This document shows positions 45,744 through 54,495 of a DNA stretch of 64,000 nt, one piece after another. Source of the DNA: Candidatus Bathyarchaeia archaeon (GTDB taxonomy: Archaea; Thermoproteota; Bathyarchaeia; Bathyarchaeales; Bathyarchaeaceae); assembly GCA_035283685.1 (NCBI GenBank), contig DATETJ010000003.1, positions 842 to 64,841 of the forward strand, written 5' to 3'. A program made the position numbers and the translations under genes. Within the stretch, counting starts at the first letter, position 1. Every line of letters begins with the position of its first letter. A model generated the notes under the pieces. The model made no database searches and was not told where the DNA came from. It saw nothing but the letters and a program-made list of their open reading frames with translations.

Positions 45744-46930
45744 AACTGCCAAACGGGGGGCAAGAGGTAAAGATCCAAGAAATTGCAAGGGTTGATTCAG
45801 GTCAAGGAGCCCCACAAGGCGAAGAATGGTACGTTGGAAATGAAGTCTTCGTGAAAGCAGGTGATCTGAATTCTCTAACTGAAGGTAAATACGTGGGAGA
45901 GCACTGCAAAAGGGTGAACGATAACGCAGTTACCCAGTACAAGTTAAGAAAATATCCTAAGAACTCTATAGTATTTCCAAAGAGTGGAATGTCTGTTAAA
46001 ACTGACAATATTGCACTACTGAAATATGACTCATATGTAGTCAATCATCTTGCGATAATACAGGTGAACGGCAATGATGAAGATCTGGTAAAATATCTTT
46101 ACTATTCACTGAAAGAGGCCAAAATATCGAAACTATCCCTAAATGATAGCTACCCGTCAATTAGACTTAGCGACATAAAGAGATACAGGGTTGTTATTCC
46201 ACCTCATCCTCAATTGAGAAAAATGGTTGCAATTCTTGAAAGGGCAGATCAACTGAAACAATGGAGAAAGGAATCTGATAAGTTATCTGAGGATTATCCC
46301 AATAGTGTTTTCTTGGAGATGTTTGGAGATCCAAAGAACAATCCAAAACACTGGGATGTTATCAAGATTAACGATGCCATTGAATATTCCCAGTATGGGA
46401 CCTCAGTCAAATCTAATTCAGATGGAAGAGGTTATCCAGTTGTTGGAATGGGCAACATTACATATGATGGTCGTCTTGATCTTTCAAATCACTCTTATGT
46501 AGAACTACCAAGGGAAGAATTCGAGAAACTAAAACTCCACAAGGATGATGTAATTTTCAATAGGACAAATTCCACTGAACTAGTTGGCAAAACTGCATGT
46601 TGGGATATGGATCTTGACGCAGTCCTGGCGTCTTATCTTGTGAAGCTGAAACTAAGAGAGAACATAAACCCTGTATTCTTTACACACTTGCTGAATACCC
46701 GATTCTTCAAGCAACTATTCTCTATACGCTGTAGAAAGGCCGTAAACCAGTCAAATATCAGTCCAACTCTCTTGAAGAAATTCAGTATGTATTTGCCCCC
46801 TGTTGAGCTTCAGAACAAGTTTGCTTCCACAGCCAACCAAGTTGAACAAATGAGAGCTCATCAAAGAAAATCACAAAAACAGATTGATAACCTATTCAAT
46901 GCTTTGGTGCAAAAAGTGTTTAGAGGTTAG
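45740..46930 (+). CDS. hsdS: Type I R-M specificity subunit
   Basis: Two target-recognition halves are separated by conserved helical spacers (LRKMVAILERADQLKQ...; LQNKFASTANQVEQMRAHQRKSQKQIDNLFNALVQKVF). Confidence 0.85.
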   Translation: MKLPNGGQEVKIQEIARVDSGQGAPQGEEWYVGNEVFVKAGDLNSLTEGKYVGEHCKRVNDNAVTQYKLRKYPKNSIVFPKSGMSVKTDNIALLKYDSYVVNHLAIIQVNGNDEDLVKYLYYSLKEAKISKLSLNDSYPSIRLSDIKRYRVVIPPHPQLRKMVAILERADQLKQWRKESDKLSEDYPNSVFLEMFGDPKNNPKHWDVIKINDAIEYSQYGTSVKSNSDGRGYPVVGMGNITYDGRLDLSNHSYVELPREEFEKLKLHKDDVIFNRTNSTELVGKTACWDMDLDAVLASYLVKLKLRENINPVFFTHLLNTRFFKQLFSIRCRKAVNQSNISPTLLKKFSMYLPPVELQNKFASTANQVEQMRAHQRKSQKQIDNLFNALVQKVFRG

Positions 46931-46935
46931 TTAGC

Positions 46936-48423
46936 ATGCTAGATACAGAACTGAAATCGAAAATAAACCAATTATGGGATAAATTTTGGAGCGGAGGAAT
47001 ATCGGATCCTCTTGTTGCCATTACTCAGATGTCGTATCTGATTTTCATGAGGAGACTGGAAGATGAAGATATCGGCAGGGAACAAAATGCTCAACTAAGC
47101 GGAGAGCATTATGAATCCGTCTTCAAGGTTAATGATGATTGCAGGTGGTCGGAATGGACGAATCTTCCTTCTAACCAAATCTTAGACCATGTTAGAGACA
47201 AAGTGTTTCCATTCCTTAGAACACTTGGTGGAGAAGACTCCCTATATGCTCAATATATGAAACATGCTGTGTTCACTATCCCAACGCCTTCCCTTCTTAT
47301 TGAAGCTGTGAAAATAATCAATGATATGCATATCAAGGAACAAAACAGGGATGCAAAAGGAGATCTATACGAATATCTACTTTCAGAATTGAAAACCGCC
47401 GGAAAAAACGGGCAGTTCAGAACACCGAGACACATAATAAAGATGATGGTTTCCCTAGTAGATCCAGAGATCGGCGATAGTATTTGCGATCCTGCTTGTG
47501 GAACTGCGGGTTTCTTGATTGTTGCTTATGAACATATCCTGAGAAATAACACTTCAAAGGAATTCATCAAAACAGATGAGTTAGGAAACGAATACGGGTC
47601 TAAAGGAGATAAACTGGAAAAAAGACAGTGGAATCTGCTGTTAGAACATACTTTCTATGGATATGATTTTGACACGACAATGCTAAGAATATCACTTATG
47701 AACATGATGATGCATGGAATTGAAAGACCTAACATAAGAGAACAGAACACGCTTTCCAGTAGATATAACCAAGAAAAGAATCGCTATGACGTAGTTTTGG
47801 CGAATCCACCATTCAAGGGAAGTATCAACGAATCGGAGATTAGTAGAGAATTTTCAATCACAACTAAGAAGACAGAGATTCTTTTCCTTGAACTGATGTA
47901 CAACATCCTCTCAGGTGGCGGAAGATGTGCAGTTATTGTGCCAGACGGAGTGTTATTCGGTAATTCTAGAGCACACAAAAAGATTAAGGGAAAATTACTT
48001 GAGGAATGTCGCATGGATGCAGTCATATCAATGCCTTCAGGCGTATTCAAACCCTATGCAGGGGTATCTACGGCGGTTCTAGTCTTTACAAAAGGAGAAC
48101 CCACTAAGAGAGTGTGGTTCTATGATATGAAAGCTGACGGCTACAGTCTTGATGATAAGAGAACTTTCCTAGACGGAAAGGGCGATATTCCCGATATATT
48201 GAGTAAATTCAGCAAAAGAGATCTCGAGCGATTCGAAGATAGAAAAGCCAGCTGCTTCTTTGTTCCCATTGAAGAAATAAAGGAAAATGGTTATGACCTA
48301 AGCGTTTCAAGATACAGAGAACTTGAGTACGAAGAAGTTGTCTACGAAAACCCTGAAGTAATCAAACAGAAAATTCTAGAGCTGGAAAACAAGATTGTTG
48401 AAACCTTACGAACCATTTCTTGA
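46936..48423 (+). CDS. hsdM: Type I R-M N6-adenine DNA methyltransferase subunit
   Basis: FRTPRHI, DPACGTAGFL (motif I) and LANPPFKG (motif IV). Confidence 0.9.
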   Translation: MLDTELKSKINQLWDKFWSGGISDPLVAITQMSYLIFMRRLEDEDIGREQNAQLSGEHYESVFKVNDDCRWSEWTNLPSNQILDHVRDKVFPFLRTLGGEDSLYAQYMKHAVFTIPTPSLLIEAVKIINDMHIKEQNRDAKGDLYEYLLSELKTAGKNGQFRTPRHIIKMMVSLVDPEIGDSICDPACGTAGFLIVAYEHILRNNTSKEFIKTDELGNEYGSKGDKLEKRQWNLLLEHTFYGYDFDTTMLRISLMNMMMHGIERPNIREQNTLSSRYNQEKNRYDVVLANPPFKGSINESEISREFSITTKKTEILFLELMYNILSGGGRCAVIVPDGVLFGNSRAHKKIKGKLLEECRMDAVISMPSGVFKPYAGVSTAVLVFTKGEPTKRVWFYDMKADGYSLDDKRTFLDGKGDIPDILSKFSKRDLERFEDRKASCFFVPIEEIKENGYDLSVSRYRELEYEEVVYENPEVIKQKILELENKIVETLRTIS

Positions 48424-48623
48424 GCAGTCTCGGGCGCATTTCCCATTGACCTTATGATTTAAGGAATAAGCACTTTCTTGTTTGTGGCTTGGTCCTGCTG
48501 TTACGCCTGTTGGCTTCATCGAAGGCTCGATTTGCCCAGTCACCCCAGCTTTCACTATTTCCTGGCAAAGATTCTCGAATTGCTGATTTTGTCAAGTCTT
48601 TCGACCTGGATTATTGAAAGCAA

Positions 48624-49346
48624 TCATATATCTCTGACATGTTTAAAATCTATACAATTTTTATGATAGTAACTATTTATGGTCGACTTTATTGCGGGAG
48701 AACTTGTCAAAATATGAACTGAATCAGAAGTGCAGAATATCGTACTATCATACCCAGTTGCCCATAAAACTGCATCAGCAACAATTTGTCTATCGTCCTC
48801 GTCTTCGATGCAGACAAGCGAGTCAATAAAGCCTTGATCTTTTGATATGGGTATAAGAGGTTTCTGCGTTTTTGTCTCCAAGACAGCACCTATTTTGGAT
48901 TCTACTTCTCTTCTGGTTGCACGATATTCACTTACAATAACTTCTTCATTTCGTGTTATCACGATTTCAAGGAACTGTTTAATGAAAATCCCTTGGTTTT
49001 CATTATACCCTTGAAACATGGCTTCACGGAATTTTCTAAGGTCTTTTATTTTGTTCCTGCTTAGCACAATGTTCAAGTCTCTGCCAAATTCGGACATAAA
49101 GCTCTTGAAATTCTCAATTTCTGAAATAACACTTTCGCTTGTGTGCCTCATGTGAGATGCATTGAAAATGCGAACGCAATCATTATGAAAAAAATCAAAG
49201 TGCACACCATAATTGATATAGACGCATGTGTCAAGAAAGCAAATCCTACTTGCAGGGTTTTTTGTAGGATTTCCAGACATTCGAAATTGTCCCCAAAAAG
49301 TCTTCTTCTTTCCCGTAGACTGTTCTGAAAAATTGCGACCTTTCAT
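48624..49346 (-). CDS. PIN-like nuclease domain protein (putative toxin)
   Basis: Acidic quartet pattern: CFLDTCVYI, SESVISEIE, DEDDRQIVADAVLWA and IFCTSDSVHIL. An alternative start at 49280 gives MSGNPTK. Confidence 0.5.
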   Translation of the reverse strand: MKGRNFSEQSTGKKKTFWGQFRMSGNPTKNPASRICFLDTCVYINYGVHFDFFHNDCVRIFNASHMRHTSESVISEIENFKSFMSEFGRDLNIVLSRNKIKDLRKFREAMFQGYNENQGIFIKQFLEIVITRNEEVIVSEYRATRREVESKIGAVLETKTQKPLIPISKDQGFIDSLVCIEDEDDRQIVADAVLWATGYDSTIFCTSDSVHILTSSPAIKSTINSYYHKNCIDFKHVRDI

Positions 49347-50367
49347 GAGGCGTTAGCAGCAACCCATTTTTTGCGAGCGTCTCATACAAGCTATCCAAGC
49401 AATTGCTAATCCATGAATCCGCATTTGAAAGAATAGCCTCTTGTTTTTTTCTTACTTTATCTGCGCATACGCCTGTTAAGGTTTTCAATGAAATCTTAAG
49501 AGCAATGGGTTTCCAGACTGCTTTTTCATACATGTCCTTCAAGAGCTTCAAGCAATTCAAAAACCATGCTCTCTCAAGATCCACTTTAACCAGATAATCC
49601 TCTAACAAATCGATATATCGATTAGTATAATCATAAAAACATGAAAAATCTGACGAATCAGCAATTTCAAGAACTAACCTAGAAAGGTTTTTTGCGAAGT
49701 GTCTGTAATGGCTAAATTCATTTGTTTCTAGACTGAATTTCAGAAGTGTCTGTTGAATAATGCCTTTTGTTTTGGGTTCAAATTTCTTGACTAACTCGAA
49801 ATTTCTTTCTATTGCGAGGTTGTTGTAGTAGAGCGGCTTATACTTTTCAGGTGCTCTTGTTCGGTAGAATTCCTCAAGAAAGGTGTTGAGCTTTGTATAA
49901 AAGATCTTTCTAACAGTTTCATCCATGATTCTCGAATATTTCGATTGTACGGGAGCGAATAATTTCTCTGCGTTCTTAATTTGGTCGCAAGTTGGTTCTG
50001 ATGAGAAGGTCATCTCATTTATTGGGATTGTAGTATCTGCGTTATGAACATACCCACCATAGAGATACCAGCTTCTTGTTAGGGGTATATCAAGTTCCTC
50101 AGCAACAATGAAAATTATTTTTTGCAGTTTCACTCTATTTTGAGAAAAATCTTGCTGAGAACTTGTATGTAAAATCCTCAAAATATCCCTCAGGATCATT
50201 TTAATTATAGCTGCCTCATCCTGAGGTTCTATTTTCAAAGCTGCCACCAAAATTCTTACTTGACTTATATGGATACTATATAAAAGAGTTTTCTGAAGTG
50301 CAAATACGTCTCTGGGCAAAGAGCAAAACCATATCTGAGACCTTGATGTTGCGATGATAAAGTACAA
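49246..50367 (-). CDS. hypothetical protein with a Panacea/DUF4065-like N-terminal region (putative antitoxin/sensor)
   Basis: RVKLQKIIFIVAEELDIPLTRSWYLYGGYVH resembles the KLQKLLY...GP core of SocA/Panacea domains. The remaining ~250 aa are unassigned and the start is uncertain. Confidence 0.4.
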   Translation of the reverse strand: MYFIIATSRSQIWFCSLPRDVFALQKTLLYSIHISQVRILVAALKIEPQDEAAIIKMILRDILRILHTSSQQDFSQNRVKLQKIIFIVAEELDIPLTRSWYLYGGYVHNADTTIPINEMTFSSEPTCDQIKNAEKLFAPVQSKYSRIMDETVRKIFYTKLNTFLEEFYRTRAPEKYKPLYYNNLAIERNFELVKKFEPKTKGIIQQTLLKFSLETNEFSHYRHFAKNLSRLVLEIADSSDFSCFYDYTNRYIDLLEDYLVKVDLERAWFLNCLKLLKDMYEKAVWKPIALKISLKTLTGVCADKVRKKQEAILSNADSWISNCLDSLYETLAKNGLLLTPHERSQFFRTVYGKEEDFLGTISNVWKSYKKPCK

Positions 50368-50564
50368 AGAAGGAAAATTGATTCTTCATTTTGTCAAGAG
50401 ATGGAAGAAGCGACCTGAGTGCAATACTGAGTAGCTTCCATGTGACTACTGGCTCATTATGTAGGCTAAGTCCACTGAAGCACGCGTAACTGAAACAATA
50501 GTACGCGCTTGACGAACCTGCCCTCGGAAGCCTCGGTCGGCGCGGGCGACGTGCATCGTTGCGT

Positions 50565-50768
50565 TTATCCTCTGTGAGCAGAGCCACGTTGATCCGTGCC
50601 TCTTTCTACGATTTTCACCCCAAAATCCGGTTCTGACGTTGGAGCGTTATTGACGATTGTCTTGGAAATGACTCCGCCACAGTGCGGACAAAAGCCCTTG
50701 GATGCTGGTGGGCAGTTTGGGTACGGAATGCTATTCCCGCACTTGGGACAATTCATTGATCTTGTCAC
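50565..50768 (-). CDS. zinc-ribbon protein
   Basis: CPKCGNSIPYPNC...CPHCGG. Confidence 0.45.
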   Translation of the reverse strand: MTRSMNCPKCGNSIPYPNCPPASKGFCPHCGGVISKTIVNNAPTSEPDFGVKIVERGTDQRGSAHRG

Positions 50769-50938
50769 CTCCTCACTTCAATCAAATCAGTTGTCTGAGC
50801 ATTTAAGCCTTTTTTAGAGTTATTTCACCAAAATAAAGCATATTTGTTAATAAAATTTAACAACAATGGAAAATTAAGCCGCGTTCGACTCTTAAGCCTT
50901 AAATTCCAAAAATAACAAATATTCCTTGGTGTCTGGAT

Positions 50939-51493
50939 GTGAAACCGAAAAATATTGCTGCGCTGTTCGCGGTGAGTCTTTCACGAAAAACGGGTTCGGT
51001 TTCAAGAGAGCTGTGGCCAGTCAGACTCATGCCGGGAATAAAGGGCGACGTCAGAATAGAGCCGAAGAACGGCGCCCGAGGCACGAGAAAGCACCAAGAC
51101 GGCTTGAAAGCGCGAACCAAAGTCATCTATGTTCAGGATAGAAAAGCAGGACTAAACGCGATCATGAAAAGTGCGCTCACTCACTATGGACAGACAAGTA
51201 GACTCGTTCTAGGAGCCCAGTTAATTGTCGAAGGCAAGACAGTTCAAACCTGGCTTCAGCCATGGACCAGTGATTTCGTGAAGAATTTCAGTGCATTAGA
51301 GAAAACCACAGCACAATTGTCAATGCTTAGAAATAATGGGGGCTCAAGATCGCAGCTTGCCTTTTTTGAAAAACTCCAGGGAATGTACGACGTCGATCTC
51401 TCGATGAAAACCGCTGTCAAGACCCGAGCCACCTACGCCATGATGCACGATGAATTTAAGAACTTTGCACGCGGCTTTGACGTCTGGCTTTAG
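50939..51493 (+). CDS. hypothetical protein
   Basis: 184-aa track ORF with a GTG start. The real start may be ATG at about 51029 or 51163. No family recognised. Confidence 0.35.
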   Translation: MKPKNIAALFAVSLSRKTGSVSRELWPVRLMPGIKGDVRIEPKNGARGTRKHQDGLKARTKVIYVQDRKAGLNAIMKSALTHYGQTSRLVLGAQLIVEGKTVQTWLQPWTSDFVKNFSALEKTTAQLSMLRNNGGSRSQLAFFEKLQGMYDVDLSMKTAVKTRATYAMMHDEFKNFARGFDVWL

Positions 51494-51550
51494 ATTCTCT
51501 TTTTCTCAAAGACCCTTACTACGAGGCTAGCTCCGTAGTTACTGCTGACG

Positions 51551-52900
51551 ATGGTCTTAAAATCTCTGCACTCCTTATTAGTGCGTAGCGGACGTCCGTT
51601 GGCGAGTGGATTCATGACAGTTGTTGATGAGCGAACTCAAAAGAAACTCCAAGAAATACTTGAAGCCATAGATAAGCGCAAAGAGACTTTCGAGAGTGCT
51701 ATCATAGGGCTAGCTCTGTCCAAAAACAAGGAAAATGAATGGCGAGTATGCTTCGGAATAATAGATTTTCAAAGAAAAGGCGAGACTCCGATACACGAGA
51801 CAAAATATGACTATGGGGAGTTCGTCCTCATAAGGAAGACGGAAAAGATACAAGCTGCTCTTGACCTTGCTAGCTCGATCTTCGAGAAGCAAACACTGAA
51901 GTTTGGCGACTATCCAGAGATTCCTTTAAAAGCTTCCATGGGCGAAGTGAGGTTTCTTTCAAGCCGTACCCGATATGGCCGATTTTCAAGCGAATGGCCG
52001 ATGCTCTATGCCTACGCTCGCATAGATGATAGTGCAAAGGGAGCAATGCCTTCTGATTCCTTGTCGAAATTAGGGTTACCTTTATTTCCAAGCGGTGTGG
52101 AGGCAGTAGACTCACTCCTAGAGTTGAACCTTCCAGAAGACTGGCACACCATAGAAAGCGAAATCGAGTTTCGAGTACCAGATTACCGAGCGCGTATAAG
52201 GTATTTGCGACTCGCCGGGAAGAAAATAACTCTGGAAGTAGAGACTGGAAGTATCGCTCAGACCGACTTGCGAGCAAAGTTCTACTGTAAGGGCATAGAC
52301 CGAAGCTATACTTCAGATGACATCCCCATAGAAAACGGACAAGCTGTATTCACGGCAGATGAAGAACCCTTTCTCGTTGAGGCTCACATTCTCTCAGCCC
52401 AAGAGGGAGATAGCATAGATGGCAAGAAGTTCGACTACAGATATCCGTCAAGGGAAGAACAGGTAGTAATAGAGGATAGCGAGGAACGACTTCTTGACAT
52501 GATCAGCAGAGGAGAAAACGAACACGTAGAGTTCAAGAAAGAACTCGACTCCAGAGAGTTCTTGGAAACAGTAGCAGCATTTGCCAACACGTATGGTGGA
52601 TCCATTTTCCTTGGAGTTGATGACAATTGCCGGATCTGCGGTTTCAAGGAAGACGCTGAAGACAAGATTGTGGACATGATAGCTGATAGTTGTGATCCTT
52701 CGATCGATGTGCAGATTCACCAAGAAGTTCTACACGAAATACCCGTCACTATCGTGGAGATTCCTGAGGGTACAAACAAGCCCTACGTTTTGAACAACAG
52801 GGGAATATTCATTAGAAGAGGAGCTTCGGACAGACAGATTAAGAGAACCGAGTTGGACGATGTCTACGCGAAGAAGCAACAGCGACCTTCGTCTTGGTGA
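51551..52900 (+). CDS. protein with a C-terminal AlbA_2 (Schlafen-type) domain and an unassigned ~300-aa N-terminal region
   Basis: GENEHVEFKKELDS...VAAFANTYGGSIFLGVDDNCRICG...PVTIVEIPEGTNKPYVL is the AlbA_2 signature. Confidence 0.6.
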   Translation: MVLKSLHSLLVRSGRPLASGFMTVVDERTQKKLQEILEAIDKRKETFESAIIGLALSKNKENEWRVCFGIIDFQRKGETPIHETKYDYGEFVLIRKTEKIQAALDLASSIFEKQTLKFGDYPEIPLKASMGEVRFLSSRTRYGRFSSEWPMLYAYARIDDSAKGAMPSDSLSKLGLPLFPSGVEAVDSLLELNLPEDWHTIESEIEFRVPDYRARIRYLRLAGKKITLEVETGSIAQTDLRAKFYCKGIDRSYTSDDIPIENGQAVFTADEEPFLVEAHILSAQEGDSIDGKKFDYRYPSREEQVVIEDSEERLLDMISRGENEHVEFKKELDSREFLETVAAFANTYGGSIFLGVDDNCRICGFKEDAEDKIVDMIADSCDPSIDVQIHQEVLHEIPVTIVEIPEGTNKPYVLNNRGIFIRRGASDRQIKRTELDDVYAKKQQRPSSW

Positions 52901-53236
52901 AAATGGGTCAAAACCTAGGCTGAGGACGGGAGAAAAGCGTTCCTTAAAGGATCAAGAAGTAGCTTCAAGGCGAGCTTAAAGGCTCCATTGCTACCTTTAA
53001 AAGGGACTTGCTAGGGAGCGAAAAGCAGCACAAAGAGGCTTTCATTTTTGCAATGAACGCAGCAAATCGTGGCGTTTTAAAATGAACTCGGCAATTGTGT
53101 AAGCCCCATGGACGTCTTGGCTGAAGGCTTTGGTTTTTGTTATAACCAAAGCAAAAAATGGAAGCTCATAGCACAATTTTTGTCATGGAGTTGCTAACCA
53201 TATCGTCATTAATTTGTTTGACCATATTCCATTTAC

Positions 53237-53599
53237 ATGGAATCCATGGAATCGGAGTTTAAGCTCTTCGAATTGAATGTTCAGAAGGTCGGCACGATTT
53301 ACTTCCCATCGCGTGTCCGGCGCGCTTTTGGCTGCAAGGTCAACTGTTTGACGAATGGTTCTGTGGCTGTGATTTTTTCTCAGGACTTGGAACAGGGCGA
53401 AGTTATTTCAAGCATTGAGGTAATTTTGGCAAATCTTCGACTGATGAAGAGGAAAAGTCAAACACAGAAGATGCTTGAAGGGGAGATTTGGAACTTGTTC
53501 AACGAATATAACATGGTAGCGAAAGCGGAAGACCTGTCACGATTGATTTTAACTCTAAACGAGACTTCAAAAGAAAAGAGAGGGCTAACTAAAACTTGA
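53237..53599 (+). CDS. AbrB/SpoVT-like DNA-binding protein
   Basis: VGTIYFPSRVRRAFGCKVNCLTNGSVAVIF is a swapped-hairpin-like motif. Confidence 0.4.
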   Translation: MESMESEFKLFELNVQKVGTIYFPSRVRRAFGCKVNCLTNGSVAVIFSQDLEQGEVISSIEVILANLRLMKRKSQTQKMLEGEIWNLFNEYNMVAKAEDLSRLILTLNETSKEKRGLTKT

Positions 53600-53735
53600 C
53601 AGAAAAAATGGGCCGCCCGCTGGCGCCCACAACAGACGACAACCCTCCCGTTCTCAAGAGAGCTTTTAGGGGTCTGCGGTCTTCTCTCTGTTCTTTCTCC
53701 AAAAAAGATTTTCGGTTAACCTGAAGGAGAAGACC

Positions 53736-53987
53736 ATGACTAGCCTGCACGAACTTCATTTCGGAGATTGGCGCCGGTTCCCGAAACATTTTGAGGCTCA
53801 CTTAAGTCACCCCAGGTTTGGCGTTGGCACAGCGTTTGCAGCGTACTGGACATTTGCCGACCTGGTTCCATGCCTCAAAAGAGAGGTCCAAAACAACGGT
53901 GGCAAACTCGAGCTCGAGGGCTGGACCATTAGATTTGGAAATCCACCGATGTTCATCCACAAAATTCGGTACGAGGCTAGGAGGTAA
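53736..53987 (+). CDS. hypothetical protein (first gene of the replication operon)
   Basis: 83-aa ORF. AGGAGG lies just before the downstream GTG. Confidence 0.4.
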   Translation: MTSLHELHFGDWRRFPKHFEAHLSHPRFGVGTAFAAYWTFADLVPCLKREVQNNGGKLELEGWTIRFGNPPMFIHKIRYEARR

Positions 53988-53991
53988 AGAG

Positions 53992-54495
53992 GTGAGTCGA
54001 AACGCAGCCGGTGACAAGAAAGACGCAAAAACGCCTCAAGTTGACGTTTCGAAGCTATCAGATTTTGAGATTTCAGTGTTAATTATCGACAGAGACACAG
54101 CCCAGTTCAGGATGAATGCGATTGATGAGTTGCTCGCTAAGGTAGGAGAGGCTAAGGGCTTCACGGAAGCCGCAAAGAAGGAGCTCAATGCGTTGTACAA
54201 AGGTAGCAGGTTGCTCGCAAGGGTTGTTGAAGAATCGAATAGGCTTACCATCCTTCCTGTACAGACATTACAAATCAAAGTCGACGTTCAACCGATCAAG
54301 AATTTTCTAGAACCGAGAATTCTTCAGCCGCTCAAACAAAAGCACGGCATAAACTATCGCCTTGAAGCAAAGGAGGGCTTCCTTTATGCCATTGTCCTTG
54401 AGGGTCAAGTTGATGCCAAAATGAAAGATGAACTTACAGCTCCCGTTTTGTGGGCACTTGAAAAGGCCAGCGAGAAAACCACGCAAAAACAGTGA
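53992..54495 (+). CDS. hypothetical protein
   Basis: The in-frame GTG at 53992 is preceded by AGGAGGTAAAGAG. The track start at 53818 overlaps the previous ORF. The stop overlaps the replicase start (GTGA). Confidence 0.45.
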   Translation: MSRNAAGDKKDAKTPQVDVSKLSDFEISVLIIDRDTAQFRMNAIDELLAKVGEAKGFTEAAKKELNALYKGSRLLARVVEESNRLTILPVQTLQIKVDVQPIKNFLEPRILQPLKQKHGINYRLEAKEGFLYAIVLEGQVDAKMKDELTAPVLWALEKASEKTTQKQ

